Assembly: GCA_964106645.2 (NCBI GenBank)
Contig: OZ067042.1
Strand: one strand, 5' to 3'
DNA: 64,000 nucleotides
Origin: Podarcis pityusensis
Lineage: Eukaryota
Shown here piece after piece: positions 12,301 to 25,323 of the stretch. The translations under genes and the position numbers were made by a program. Under the pieces are notes generated by a model. That model searched no databases and was not told where the DNA came from. It was given only the letters and a program-made list of their open reading frames with translations. The stretch's first letter is position 1. Each line of letters begins with the position of its first letter.

Positions 12301-14875
12301 GGATGACAGAAACGTACCAGTTTGTTCTCAGACAGCTGGGGGGAGGGGGTTATTGTGGGGCCCACATTTCCCACCTGTGTTCTAAAGTAAGGGGTCAGCA
12401 TTGAAGAACCACATAGCCTTATGAAATGGAGGCAGCAGAGTATAGAGCAATGCCACAAAATTCAGCAAATATACAATGATGGAATAAAGCTTGCTTTACT
12501 GAGGGAGTTCTAAGCATTATGCTGAATTGTGACTAAGAGTGCTTCCAGATAGGAGTTTATTATGGAATTGGTGCTGCTCATGTAGGCAAGGCTTGGTTTT
12601 GGTTTTTGTTCTTTTTTTTAGTTTCCACATGACATCATTGCCATTAAAATACTGGTCCATGCTTCAAAAGTAATAATAATAATATGGATCTCCCCTTACT
12701 ATAGAAAATCTGATAAGTAAAAGCAGCCCATTAAGACATCTGCAATTACAGCTGGTATGGAAGCTTGTTAGCATTTTGGGGAGTGTGATTTGGGTGGGTG
12801 GCTTCTAACACAACACCCCTGTACTTTCATTTGCTTCCCAGTTGAGCACAATCTAACCATTTTCTTCCTGGTAGCTCAAATGATATGAGTGGGCTTATTT
12901 CCACCAACTGTGTGATGTTGAAGGCACATTTGAATTTCAGCAACCTGATTAGGAGAAGCTGTTTTTCAAGATCTCTCTACTGTGTGTGGGAGGGGGGGTA
13001 TGTACCTCTGACACTATGGGCTCCTCCACATTTACCTTTTGCCCCACACTTTCTAGGCTTTAAAATTAGATAAAAATCTTTATCCCTCTTGTGCAAAACC
13101 TTGGTACTAAAAATTAGAAACAAGCAAATGGAAATGTCCACCCTCCCCCACATAAAAACCCAAAAACTACAAGTCTCTATTGTGAAACAAGATAACCAAG
13201 GCTTGCAACATTTGCTCTTGTGAACTTCCTGAGAATTGTTTATGAAAAGGTGTCCTGAATAGAAAAAGTTTGTGCATTTTGTGATGTAGAAGTGGGGCAA
13301 CAAACCCACATGGGTGGAAAAACAATGAATACGCAGGATTGAGAAAACTGGGGTGTGTGGAAGCCAAATGCTCACACAGAGAGATTGTATCTGAATGACC
13401 CATTTGTGATATAAGGCCCCAGTCTGGAAACACAACTGCGTGCAATTGAGTCAAATCTGGTAAACAAGAATAATAAGAATTGGAACCGTTTGTGCTGTTC
13501 TGCAGCTAATCCCTTTTCCTCATCAGATTTTAGCTCCACTTCTGGCTAGCGTTATGTGTATATGTAATAAGGCTAGTACTTTGAAACACTGTGATGTCCT
13601 GTACCAAAATCATCATTTGGGCAAACATTTCATCCCTTCAGCCTCACAGAAATTCTGTAAATGCTGTATACAGTATTGAGGCTCTTTTCTCTGCTTTTAC
13701 CAAAATAGAAATAAAAATGGAATTAATCTGGTGGTCATGTGGACATCTATAAGGAATAAAATTCTGCTTAAAAAAACAAAACGCTAACTAGGATTCAGAC
13801 TGCTGTTCACATACACTTACCAGGGAGTAAACCCCGTCAAGAGAGTGGGGCTTACTTCTAAAAAGACACTTAGAAGAGTGCACTGTTAGCCAAATTCTGC
13901 CTAGCATACAACTGAGCGATGGTTATGCAACCGCACAATTTAGTCACAGTCGTGGGCAATACTTAACACATGAGTGTATACAATCTAACAGAAAGTCAGG
14001 ATGTTACTCCATTGAATGATTATAATTTTCAGTTTAGAGGCAATTATGAGTGTCCTTACTATGAGGAAGCTATGGAAGAAATGGCAAAGATTTCTGAGGA
14101 GAGAATTCTGATTATACCTCAAGTTACCAAGGAGAACACTAGATGTATTTCAAAATGCTTTCTATTTTAAGGATTGTTCATCGTAATAGTCTGACAGGAT
14201 ATATTTAGAAGCGGCAGAGGTCCCCCCCTCCACCCCCCCTTCCTTGTCTGGGAAAATTCACACTACTTTATGCCAATATGGTTATAAATCACATAATAAA
14301 CTTTCCAGTTTCATGGAAAAATGGCAACCCTCCTCAGCTTTGGTGTCTGATAGAAGGAAGATAAGTAATAAAGAGTCTCCTGTGTGAGAAGAACTAGGGA
14401 GAGCCTGCTGTTTTAATTTTGTTCCCAGCGGTGGGCCGAACTTTGTTCTTTCAGCGCCAACCTTCATGACTGGCTTGATTATAATGTTGGAATTCAATCC
14501 CTTGCATATCTTTGGGTTTGGAGCCATTAATGGAGTCTCCAGGAAGAGGGAGACATCTCCTGCAGGAACATAACAGTAAATAAAACTAATAACACACCGG
14601 ATTTACACACAGTAATTTACACACAGATTACTCGAATGTGTAAGTTCACAACAGTGTCAGATTTTATTTCTATATCTTTAGATGCTGCTGCTTGAAATAC
14701 AGTTCAAAGGAATTTCGTTTGTATTTCTTGGGACATGGGAGAACTGTAGTGTCTCCCACCCCTCTTTCATTCTTATTTAATAGTTGAAATACATGTATTT
14801 TAACACAGTGCACAGTCCGAAGAATACCATGTATGAATAGGAATATGATATGTGTGTGTGTGAAATTTAAAACTA

Positions 14876-15350
14876 CCGTATTTTTCACCCTATAGGACGC
14901 ACTGGCCCATAGGACGCACCTAGATTTGGGGAGGGGGGATAAAGGGAAAAAAAAATTATTTCCCACCCCAGGCGCGGGAAGCCCAAGCTTCCCCCGACCC
15001 CAGCCCCCAGAACGGGACCCAGAGCCATGCCGAAGCTGCGTGCAGTTTGGCATCGCTCTGGGAGCTTGCGGGGCTGGGGGAGGGGGAAGCCCTCTCCCCC
15101 CCCCGCCAGCCTTCTAACCAAGTCGGGGGACAGCAGGATGGCGGCGTTCCGCCTCCCCGCTGTCCCCCGAGCTTGTGGGGCTGGCGGTGGGGCTCTCCTG
15201 AAGCCTGGAGAGCGAGAGGGGTCAGTGCGCACCGACCCCTCTCGCTCTCCAGGCTTCAGCGAAAGCCTGTGTTCGCCCCATAGGACGCACACACATTTCC
15301 CCTTCATTTTTGGAGGGGAAAAAGTGCGTCTTACAGGGCGAAAAATACGG
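14876..15350. mobile_element. Young GC-rich Tc2/pogo-like non-autonomous DNA transposon
   Basis: TIRs ccgtatttttcaccctataggacgcac / gtgcgtcttacagggcgaaaaatacgg with TA TSD; sub-terminal cccataggacgcac repeats; CpG-rich; 62-bp internal palindrome. Confidence 0.88.
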
Positions 15351-16064
15351 TAGTTGTTCCAAAATGGAGATTAAAAGGATGTTTATAGCATTCTGATGAC
15401 TGCTGGTTATTATGGGGACAACCTAAGAAATGGGTAGGGGTTCAGCTGTGTTATACCAATGAGCTCAAACAAACATTTAATGGCTTGGTCAACAAAATCT
15501 CAAAATGGTGGAGAAGAATTCTCATGAGAACGCCAGAAGGGTGTGAATTCTGTCCTCTCATCTTTTTTTTTAATTTCTAAGTTTCTGCATAGCATGTGAC
15601 AATAGGGTCCCATTGTTTTTACATTTGATTTTATTCCAAATTCTCATACATCTTTAGGCTTAAAAAAAAGTTCATTGAATGTTGCTGGTTTTCTTTTTAC
15701 ACTTGCGCATTCTGCTCTAGGCTTTGTAATAATTTGCACAGTGGGTGAGGAGCCAGGCGTCTGTCCATCAGAACATAGGAGACTGTGCTTCTTAGAACCA
15801 GCTACCAAATTCCTGACAATATTATAGTTAGTGGCTTATCATGTAGCCATCCATTCAGTTCCAGGTTGGAGGTGTGAGTAATTCAGATTAATCTTTGTAT
15901 ATTCTACTTGCCCAGCAAAAGTTGGCCCTGTTCACCAGTTCCCCTACCCTTATTTCTTAAGAAGCTTCTGATTTAATAGAGGAATCGCCATTGAGTTTGG
16001 AACTACTGTAGTTTTGAAGTCAGTTCTGTTGTCATTTGGATTCTTCAAGGATCTTTTTAAGATG

Positions 16065-16435
16065 TTGATAGAGTGCCTCTCCCTATATCAGCCTGCCCCT
16101 TTCTTAAGATCCAAGGAGTGTCTTTAGCATGTCCTATCACTGGTGGAGATGTGGTATGTGGTGATGCAGAAGAGAGCCTTCTCTGTGGTGGCACCCTGTT
16201 TGTGGAATATCCTCCCCTCAAGTGAGATTGGCTCTGACAATATTGTTTCACCAGGTCAAAACCTATTATTTGCCCAGGCATATTATGGTTTAGTTGCTTA
16301 TTAGCCTGCTTTGTTATTTTTATCTCCCTCTATTTGTTTTGAGGGTTTCGGTGCTGGTTGTATGGTGGTTTTTAAAGTTTTGCACCCTGGCCAAGTATCT
16401 GTAGATGAAGGGTGAGTTATAAATATTTTTAATAT
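16065..16435 (+). mobile_element. L2 LINE 3' fragment
   Basis: agagccttctctgtggtggcaccctgtttgtggaatatcctccc encodes RAFSVVAPCLWNILP, the L2 ORF2 C-terminal motif; T-rich 3' UTR follows. Confidence 0.7.
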
Positions 16436-16922
16436 ATTAAAAGGAAATAGTTGGCCTTCAACCAAGTGTGATGTCAATTGGCAAACAAATGGATATTTCT
16501 TTCGATTCTTTTTCTAAGCCACTCACCTCTTATTTTAAGTTAGTCTATCATAAAATATACATGCTGCTCTCAAATTCTTTTATGTCAATTTTTTTTAAGT
16601 CATAGGATCTTGTTGGTTACGGTTAGCACTTTAAATAATATAAAGTTTGATGGGATCCAAACATGCATTGTCTCCTGCTTCCATTATGTTATCCATGATG
16701 TAGGCCAATAAAAAACAAACTTTGCAGTCTCATTAATACAAAGGGCCTTGGAAACTTGCAAATTGCTCAAAATAATTAAAACTTCTGTAAATTGGCTTGT
16801 TCAGGATGACTTATCCTGAGTTTGAAACCTCTTCCACTGTTTCAACTTCTGATTTGTTTACGGGAAGAAGTGAACAGATGATCAATGGGAGCTGAAATAT
16901 GATCTGAGGAGCCTCGTGAGTA

Positions 16923-17168
16923 CAGTGGAACCTCAGGTTGCGAACGTGATCCATGCAGGAGGCACGTTCGCAACCCGCAGTGTTTGCGTCTTCGCACGCA
17001 CGTGACACGATTTGGCGCTTCTGCGCATGTGCCAAGTGTGATTTAGCGCTTCTATGCATGCGCGAGCACTGAAACCCAGAAGTAACCCGTTCCAGTACTT
17101 CCGGGTTTCGGCACATCCGTAACCCGAAAATGCGCAACCCACAGCAATCGCAACCTGAGGTATGACTG
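16923..17168. mobile_element. Tigger/pogo-like MITE
   Basis: TA-cagtggaacctcaggttgcg ... cgcaacctgaggtatgactg-TA. Confidence 0.82.
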
Positions 17169-17411
17169 TACTCAGGGCTTTCTCCCAGATCTCTGTTTTC
17201 ATCTTGTGGTAGCTAACCTGTGTAAGCTGTATCATAACTCTAAGATTCTGTGGGCCCCGCTGCTTCATACAGGGCACTGGTGGTGACTGAAACAATGAGC
17301 AAGTGAAATGAATGAAAATCCCAAGCCTTGAAAACCGTTGGTATAATAAGATCTAGAGCTCCAAATATTTAAACAATAATCAAGGATCTGTACTTGTAGG
17401 GTCAGTAAGTA

Positions 17412-17562
17412 CCATATTTTTCCGTCTATAAGACGCCCCCTATTTTGGGGGACTCCAAATTAAGAAAACATCCCTCAGCATTACCAGTGTATAAGACGAG
17501 CCCCAATGTTAAACCTGGTTTTTTTGGTAAAAAACCCTAGTCCTATACATGGAAAAATACGG
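17412..17562. mobile_element. Tc2-like MITE
   Basis: TA-ccatatttttccgtctataagac ... gtcctatacatggaaaaatacgg-TA; about 135 bp upstream of the MXI1 microexon. Confidence 0.78.
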
Positions 17563-17698
17563 TAGTTCTTTGTGTGCATGGTTGAATGTGCTGCTCTGAT
17601 CCATTGTAACTAATAGAGAAAAACTGCTCACAATTTAGGGGAACTGGCTCTTGAAGTTATAAAATGGCTAATCCTTTTCTTCTTGGTTTATCTTCCAG

Positions 17699-17728
17699 AT
17701 CTACGCACAACGAACTAGAAAAGAACCG
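17699..17728 (+). CDS. MXI1: MXI1 internal coding microexon (30 nt, basic region N-half: (R)STHNELEKN(R))
   Basis: tcttccag|ATCTACGCACAACGAACTAGAAAAGAACCG|gtaagt; the translation matches the MAD/MXI basic region STHNELEKNR; phase 2-2; splices in frame to 47271. Confidence 0.96.
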
Positions 17729-18680
17729 GTAAGTTACTGATAAACTGTCTTCCTGAAAATGCAAACTTTTATCAGTGTGTCTAAATGTTAAACCCTTCAG
17801 TTTGCCCTGGCAGCCTGGAAATGCCACATTGCACCAGGTGAGTGCTTTTTTCAAAACGGAACAAAACAGCATGCACACACAGATACACACAGACACACAC
17901 ACACATCCATGCAAAGATCTGGAAAGAAGAAGTACCTCTCTTACCCTCCCCGAAATGCAAAGAAGTGACCCATTTTTGCAGCTCATCTGTATGCAGAAGA
18001 AATACTGTTTCTCTTCTCTTTGCAAACTGAAATCTGATTGGGTCAGTGTCCATACATGAGGTTGCTAGGGTATCGGATTTCTCAGACACTACATGTTAAG
18101 GCCTGTCATAATCCCTGCCTATTGCAGGGAACTGGCATTGTCCAATGGCTTTTAAATCTGGCTAGCCATTGCTCCTCCAGAGTGGTGCTCTTGTAACGTG
18201 CTTCAGGATGCAGCCCGCTTATCCTTGAGCCCAAGTTTTTCAGCAAGCCATGCAGTTTTGTTGCTTGGCTAGCTCTACTCTATGACTCATCTCCTTTGTA
18301 ACAGGAGTTAGAGTAATATAAATACTACTGAGACAACAGGGACTTAGTTCACACGCAGATCGGGTTATGGCATTGCTTTCAGGATGCTATCATTGTACCC
18401 AGGCTTCCTATTTATAAACGTATCTTCAGGATTGGGGAGGGTGGGTGTAGGGAGGCTGGTTGAATCACTGTTCCCAGGCTCGCTGATATGGTCCTGTGGA
18501 AGGGAAAACCTCTTGCATGGGAAGGGGACCGCCTTCCGAATCCACTGATAATGAAGAGGGCAGGGGTGGGGGACCTCAGGCTTGGGGCTCCAATGGGACC
18601 CAACCACCTCTCTGTCTGGCTCTTGGACCTCTCCCCAGGCCACACACTCTTCACAAATTCTGCCTCATCAACTCCTTGAA

Positions 18681-18810
18681 CAGGTGCGGAAAACCCTTTT
18701 GCCCTGCAGATGTTGCTGAACTACAACTACACCAGCCCCAGCAAACCTGGGTGATGGTCCGAGGTGATGGGAGTTCAGCCACATCTGGAGGGGCAAAGCT
18801 TCTCCACACC
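18681..18810. mobile_element. Short palindromic hAT-like MITE
   Basis: ttttgccctgcagatgt / acatctggaggggcaaa; gaactacaact / gatgggagttc. Confidence 0.6.
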
Positions 18811-19650
18811 AACCTCTGAATGTCTTCTGCCTGCCCTCGTACTCTGTATCTTGCTTGCCTGGGTGGAGAATAGAGAGGGGGCTGTATGAGTGTGGGTAGA
18901 AATTAGCTTCCTGTGCAAAGGTAAAATTCACCTTTGCTGCCTTGCTCACTTTTGCCTCAGGCCCTCTCCACCCCTGGCATGTGGCCCTCTGGTAAGGTGC
19001 TCAGATTGGAGCCCAACCCTCGGTCTGAAACGGGTTCCCCCCACGCCACCCGCAGCAGGGGCACCTCCAGCTTAGCATTCTGGCTAAAGACACAGCCACA
19101 ACTCTCTGGCTGGAACAGCAGAAGTTAACGTGCTTCCACAAAATCAAAAGGTTCTGTGTGCGCCCCAGCGTCCCTCTGTCACAGCAGCGCTTTGTAGTTT
19201 TTGTTTTGGTGTCCTGCCTTGTCCCCTGACATCGCAAGCCTGTTCTTTGTGGGTTTCCTGTGTATGTTTACTTCCTTCTGCAAAGGGCTGGGGGCTGGGC
19301 CCGTTGTTGTTGTCGTCTTGAGCTGAGCTTGCAATTTCAATTAACGATAATGCTAAAAGTGCACACAGCTGTATGCTTTTGAGGCACCAAAAGTTTTGTG
19401 AGGGGGAGGGGATTTTAGAAAGGGGGGAAAAACACTAGGGGGAATTCTGATAGGTCTGTGGGAATGCAAAGGAGGTCAAGTTCTGAAAGAAAACAGAGGG
19501 GAGGGAGCAACAGATGCATAGGCACAAAATCAAATGGGAGAAGCTGGGCTTTATTTTCTCGCCTGTAAAGGGCCATCTACCACAGTGGGAAGGATTCAAG
19601 AGCCCTTTTTAATGCATCCAGGTGTACAGGGGTGGGCTTAAAGTGGAGAA

Positions 19651-19698
<48 letters not shown>
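19651..19698. repeat. Compound (GT)n(GA)n microsatellite
   Basis: Directly visible. Confidence 0.95.
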
Positions 19699-19701
<3 letters not shown>

Positions 19702-20016
19702 TTTCATGTGTTCAGTGCAGAGGGGGCTCTAAACAATTTTCAGTTGAATCTGGATACACTCTACCCTGTGATTGGAACCCCTGTACAAAGGGAGGCTTCT
19801 GGGCATGCTCAGTTGAATGCAGCCAGTATCTCCATGGGAACCCAAGCGTGGAGAACTTCAGGCCTCTCTATCTGACTTTTTAGGCTCGGCCCCCAGGTTA
19901 CACCCCTGTGTGCCCCCTACACAGTTTTCACCCTTATGCATTGTATTGAATGCCCAAAGAGAGGACTTGGGAAAGAGGTAGGCAGATGAGGAAGATATCA
20001 GCCGGACTGTATCTCG

Positions 20017-20064
<48 letters not shown>
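20017..20064. repeat. Compound (CT)n(GT)n microsatellite
   Basis: Directly visible. Confidence 0.9.
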
Positions 20065-20648
20065 TCCCCACCTAAAGCTCTTCTGCTCTGTAGGAAGAAT
20101 CCTGATGAACTGATAGATTTTTTTTGGAAAATATTGCTAGTGTGATTAATGAATCTTTCTTGCTAATGAGCAACCTCGTATGCTGAATGGGTACTGAAAA
20201 CTGTAATAAATGAATAGGTGCTACGGGCCACGGATTGAGATAAGGGGTACTGTAATGCCGTTGCTCATCAAAAAGGGAACATCACAGGAAAGGAGGAAGT
20301 ACCCAAGTTGCAAAGAACTGATATTAATGTTTACAGAAGTCACATCCATGCCACACCATATATTTAAAGCACTCTTGCACCACCTTAGCAGTTATGGTTC
20401 CTATGCAATTGTACCTCTGCCAAGGGGTCTCTGAACAACTTTCAGCCTCCTTAACGTACTGCAGTTCCCAAGATACATTAGCAGCATAAGAGTGCTAAAC
20501 TGTGATAACTAGCACAGGATACTTCTGAGATTTCGACTTCACGATGTATTCCTAAAAGCTACTGGGGGGAATAGTCACAATTTTAGCTTTTTGCAGGTAT
20601 GCCTAAATAATGTCCTTTGTCAGTATCTTTATCGCCCCAAAGGACTTA

Positions 20649-20856
20649 CAGTGATACCTTGGGTTACAAACGCTTCGGGTTACAAACTCCGCTAACCTGG
20701 AAGTAGTTACCTTGGGTTGTGAACTTTGTCCCAGTTTGAGAACGGAAGGCGGCAGTGGGAGGGCACATTAGCGAAAGCACACCTCAGGTTAAGAACAGTT
20801 TCAGGTTAAGAACGGACCTCCGGAACGAATTAAGTTCGTAACCCGAGGTACCACTG
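20649..20856. mobile_element. Tigger/pogo-like MITE (same family as 63692-63917)
   Basis: TA-cagtgataccttgggttac ... gtaacccgaggtaccactg-TA; internal tcaggttaagaac repeats. Confidence 0.85.
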
Positions 20857-23800
20857 TATACGAGTCTTAATGGTGTAGAATTTAGATTTATCACGAGGAA
20901 CATAGTAGCCTTGTTAAAATTGGACATCTCCTTGGGAGGGGTGGGGAAGAAAACTGTCCGCTATTTCGTGCATTTAAGAAACACATAGTCACAGTGCATT
21001 GCAATTTATAGATCCCTATTACGAGCCAAGTTGCTGTATGCTGTGTTTCGGTTTCCTGTCAGTGGGTTGGAGACAGGGCATTAAGACTGAAATATGCAAT
21101 GTGGGGAGAAGTTTTTGCAGCATAGTGAAGACAACGACAGGCTTAGGACAGTGCTTGTGGTAGTGGTGATCTGGAGCTTCTGCCATCCTCGTACAGCTAG
21201 AGAGTTGCAAAGCTGAGCATGCCGCCATTCAGGAACCTCACGTCATGTATTGTTTACTTTCTTAAACTCTTCTTGTTTTATTTCCTTTGCCCTTCGCAAC
21301 AAGAGCTAAAAATCCCCAGTGTGTGTTCTTTATTCTCTTTTGTGTTATGTCAGCAGCATTGAACTTGGGACGCTTTTAAAATTAGTTTTGCCCGTTTTTG
21401 GTTTCGTTATACGCTGTCCCTCCATTACGTGTGGGGGGGGAGGGAGGAAGCGAACACAGTAAAATGGGAGCAGTTCCCTGAGGTATGATTCCATGTTTCC
21501 ATGTAAATATTGCAGTCACAGAGCTGGGTCCGGTCTCTTTGATCTTTCCCACCTGCCAGCTCCCTTTTAGCAAGGGTTAGATTAGGGAAAGTTCCATGCA
21601 GGTGGCCCCATCCATATGGCTGCGATATACACAAACATCCTCTCTTGCAACAGCAGAGGATCATGTTATGCGGTTCTTGCACTGTTCTGTGTTTGTGAAG
21701 GAGCTTTAGAGAATTTAATCTGGACTTTCAGCCTTCAGAACTTCTAACTGTAAAAGCTCAGAGCAGGTTTGGAGATGACTGGTCTTCTCAGACTTATCTT
21801 CCATTTTGCTTTCAATGAATAACCTCCTTCACCCTACTCCTGAACACTGGCATCCAACGTTGCCCTAATGTTTCAGAGCAATACTTTGTGCCCTATTCTA
21901 GTCATGCTCAGCTATTGAAAAAGCAGTCTGGGTTCATTGTAGGTTCCCACAGCTATATCACTGAAACAAAGTGCTGCTTTTGGGTTGGCGGCATTTTGCT
22001 TGAGGAGTAACTTTTGCCTTCACTTGAAATGCGTTCTGTGTTTTTATATGTTGGATGCTTACAAGGATATCAGTGGGCCACTAGCAGGATAGTGATTGGC
22101 TCAATACCTGAAGAGCACGAGGAAATAGGCAGCAGGTAGTGAGGTGTTGGGGTGTTTGAGGGAGAGGACTGTGGCAGGGTTCTGTGGCTTGTGTCCCTTT
22201 TCTCAAGCCGTTTATGCCAACAAAATTTAATGGACACCCTTCTGGTGCAGCTAAAAGTAGAAGTAGCTAAAACAGTCACCTGAGAACCAGACAGTGTGTT
22301 TTAATGCTAGTGGAGAAATCTCCTTCTGGGCTCCAAGGCAAACAAAAGGATTGCTTCACCTTCAGATTTTCATTGCTCTCTATCTGTAGCGTCTTTAAGT
22401 CTGCAACTGTCTGCAGACTTAACATTGGCAAAGATAAAAGCCCTGAATCTAATGGCTTTGTTGCAGGCAGTTGCTCCTTTTTGCTTCTTTCTCTATTCTC
22501 CCCCCACCCCCTTGTGGAGATTATTTCCTTTTTGAATCCCCCTGTTATCTCCATTATTGACATACCCTGTAATTTTCAAAATTGTCCACTATTAGGTCCC
22601 TGACTCAGTTTCTTCCCCCTTTGTCTGCAAGTGGGTGCTTGTCTGGTGTGGTGTTTAAATTTTATTTTAACCCCTTCTGGTCAGGCAGGTGTGGCTTTTA
22701 AAAACATAGGCACAGAAATCATAGGCTTTGCTAACATCCCTCTTCTTTTCGTTAACCACTGTGTAGCATTATGTCTGCACTGAGGTTAATGTTAACCATG
22801 GTTTGCTTTAGATGGGGTTTGTAAACCATCGTTGGCTTCTCACGCCTGCTCTACTAGCTTGGATTCAGTATTGTTTATAGCCCTATTTGCTTTTCCTAGA
22901 TGCCTCTGTTGCATGGGCAGCTAGCTTTGGGCTGTGTACCATATCCATCCCATCCACCCCTCTCTGTTGTACACCCAACTGGCTTCACTGGTTTCTGGCT
23001 GGAAGCCAGATGGTGCTTTTTTTCTATTAGCATTCGAACTCACTTGCTAATCTCTCTCCCCTCCCCCCCCCCCATCCTCCTTGAAATTCTACAAGATTGC
23101 TTCAAGTGGGCCTGCTCACTTCAGTAAACAAGCTGAGACTATGTCCATTGGCGGCACTTTTTATAGATTCTTGGGACAAATATTTCCCCAGTGCTTTCTT
23201 TCTGCACTTTTCCAAAGTGTGCAACTTCGTTTAAGCTGTGAGTCAAATCTGTGAGATGTGTTTTAATAGTCTCTCCACCCACAACCTGCACATTTTTGAA
23301 ACGTGTGCACGTATTTAAAATATTTATATCCCATCTTTCAGCTGAAGTTCCATTTGGACCCAGACATAATTCACTGTTGCTTCCACTGTGTGTGAGAATA
23401 CCAAACAGAACAATCCTGACCTTAACCTCCCTGACTTGTTTTGTAAATAAATTCAGGAAAACTAGATCAAGTTTTTCACATTCATTTATATCATATTCCT
23501 AAGTGTATGGTAAAATCTGCACGCATTTATTTCCAGTACTTCATATTAATAACTTGTAAGACAAAGTGCTAGACACAAATCTTATTCTTCTGTTATGTTC
23601 AGTTCTTAATAGACTTGTAGCAGTGTGCTTTCTTTCTTTTAGAAAGAAAAGACCCTGAATTTTACCCAGCAATTTGGATCTTGCAAATTATAGCTTAAAT
23701 TTGCGAGTGATGTATGACTATTTTAAAGTTTTGCATGGAAGAACCTAAGGGCTTTGATTTTCTGGTACCATATTCAGAATAAATAATGGCATATTTATTG

Positions 23801-25323
23801 GTATCCATAGTACATTCTGAGTACATAGTGCACTTTTAATAACTAGAATGTGTGTGGCTTAATTTCAGGTTCTTTAGTTTCAGGTTCTAGGACTTGACTT
23901 TGTACAAATTTTGTCTCCCTTAATAACAGTTCCTCTGTGGCCACATCTATTTTCTCAAGTTGTCCCCTCACTGGAGGAATTTACCCCTCAGTAAATTCTT
24001 CCTTGCTTCTCTGTATAGTGTGCACTTTGGGAAAATCTGTGTGTGATGTTATCATTTATATGTTGGAATAGCTGTGCCCACCTGATACACAGTAAAGCCT
24101 CTTCCCTTTGATGAAAGTGGTAGCTTTAGGTATGAGCTGTCAGCACCTCTGCTGCCAGAGAGTTGAAATGTGGTTCTGGGAAATCTAGATTCACGTCTAG
24201 TCAGCCTTATACATTCTGGATAACCTTGGGGACTGGCTGCCTCTCAGCCCCAAGCCCCCACGTGCGAAAGGGAATTGTTGTGACCTTGTTCAGACGTTTC
24301 TTGAGTTGATAAGCAAAATAATTATTGTAAAACACTTTGAAAATGAAGTACTGCTGTATAAATGATTGATAATGCAGGAGCAAACCATTTTTATCCTCAC
24401 GTATTTGACTAGCTGTGATGAATGTTTCATTTTGGAGGTGAATCAGAGCACTTCTAAATGGTGAATCTCCTTTTGTAAAGGAAGCGTGCATACAAAAGTA
24501 CATAATTTGTGTGGTAAGCCTGCTATCGTAGTGCACAAAGCACTTTTTAAAATTCACAACCTTATTTTGTTCCCTGTCTGGTTTTGTGGAAACCAGTTTT
24601 GTTACAGCAGAAACTGGCTGTGTGTAACACTGATTTGTTTATAGACACTGGTAACGCCACTAAGCCATTTCCTCCCTCCTCCCTGAAATATTATTTAATT
24701 GTTTTTAAATTGATTCTCCATTTCTAAAGGAGCAAAATGTACATGCAGCACCTTGAGGTAAAGTTACAAGAGCCCACTGAAGCATGAGGTGAGGGGCAAG
24801 GAAAGATAACTTGAGTCACTGGCCATTATATCAGTCGAACGTCCTCAAATGCATTTATTTCTGGTGGCACCTTAAAAATTTGTAAATGCTGGAACAAGTG
24901 GTTTCAGAGGAATGCTCAAGAGATGCAAAAGAAAGAAAAGCCCTTTTCTGTCATTGTGTGATGAGATCCTGGAGGATCTGTTTGTTACAGACCTGAAGTC
25001 TTAGCTGTGTTTTCCGCAAAGGTAGTGGGATCTGGGGAAACTGGTGGCATTATAATCCTGAAAGTTGGGTGCTTGAATGGGTGGAAGGATTATACATTAC
25101 TACACCTACTTAACCATTTGGCCCAAGGGAGCAAGAAATGGATTTCTTGCCAAACCAGTGCTCCTACTGGCATCTTTGCACTGTACCAGCCTTGCCCTTC
25201 CCCCTCCTGGCAAGCCGCAGTGATGCAATTGACTGGAGGTCAGGTGAGTGCTGCCATCCCACTTTGCTGTCTACTACTGCGAGTTGCTTTTAAGACGGGC
25301 CGAATGTCAGCCTTTGATTAGGT

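Noticed and set aside
14670-15353. Cluster of overlapping GC-rich ORFs that looks like a CpG-island promoter or gene
   Set aside because: The GC-rich part is fully explained by a TIR-bounded MITE; the shared peptide on both strands comes from its palindrome.
1-17690. Upstream MXI1 exons (SID region and ECEHGYAS...STANR)
   Set aside because: I found no matching translation by eye; they most likely lie left of the window.
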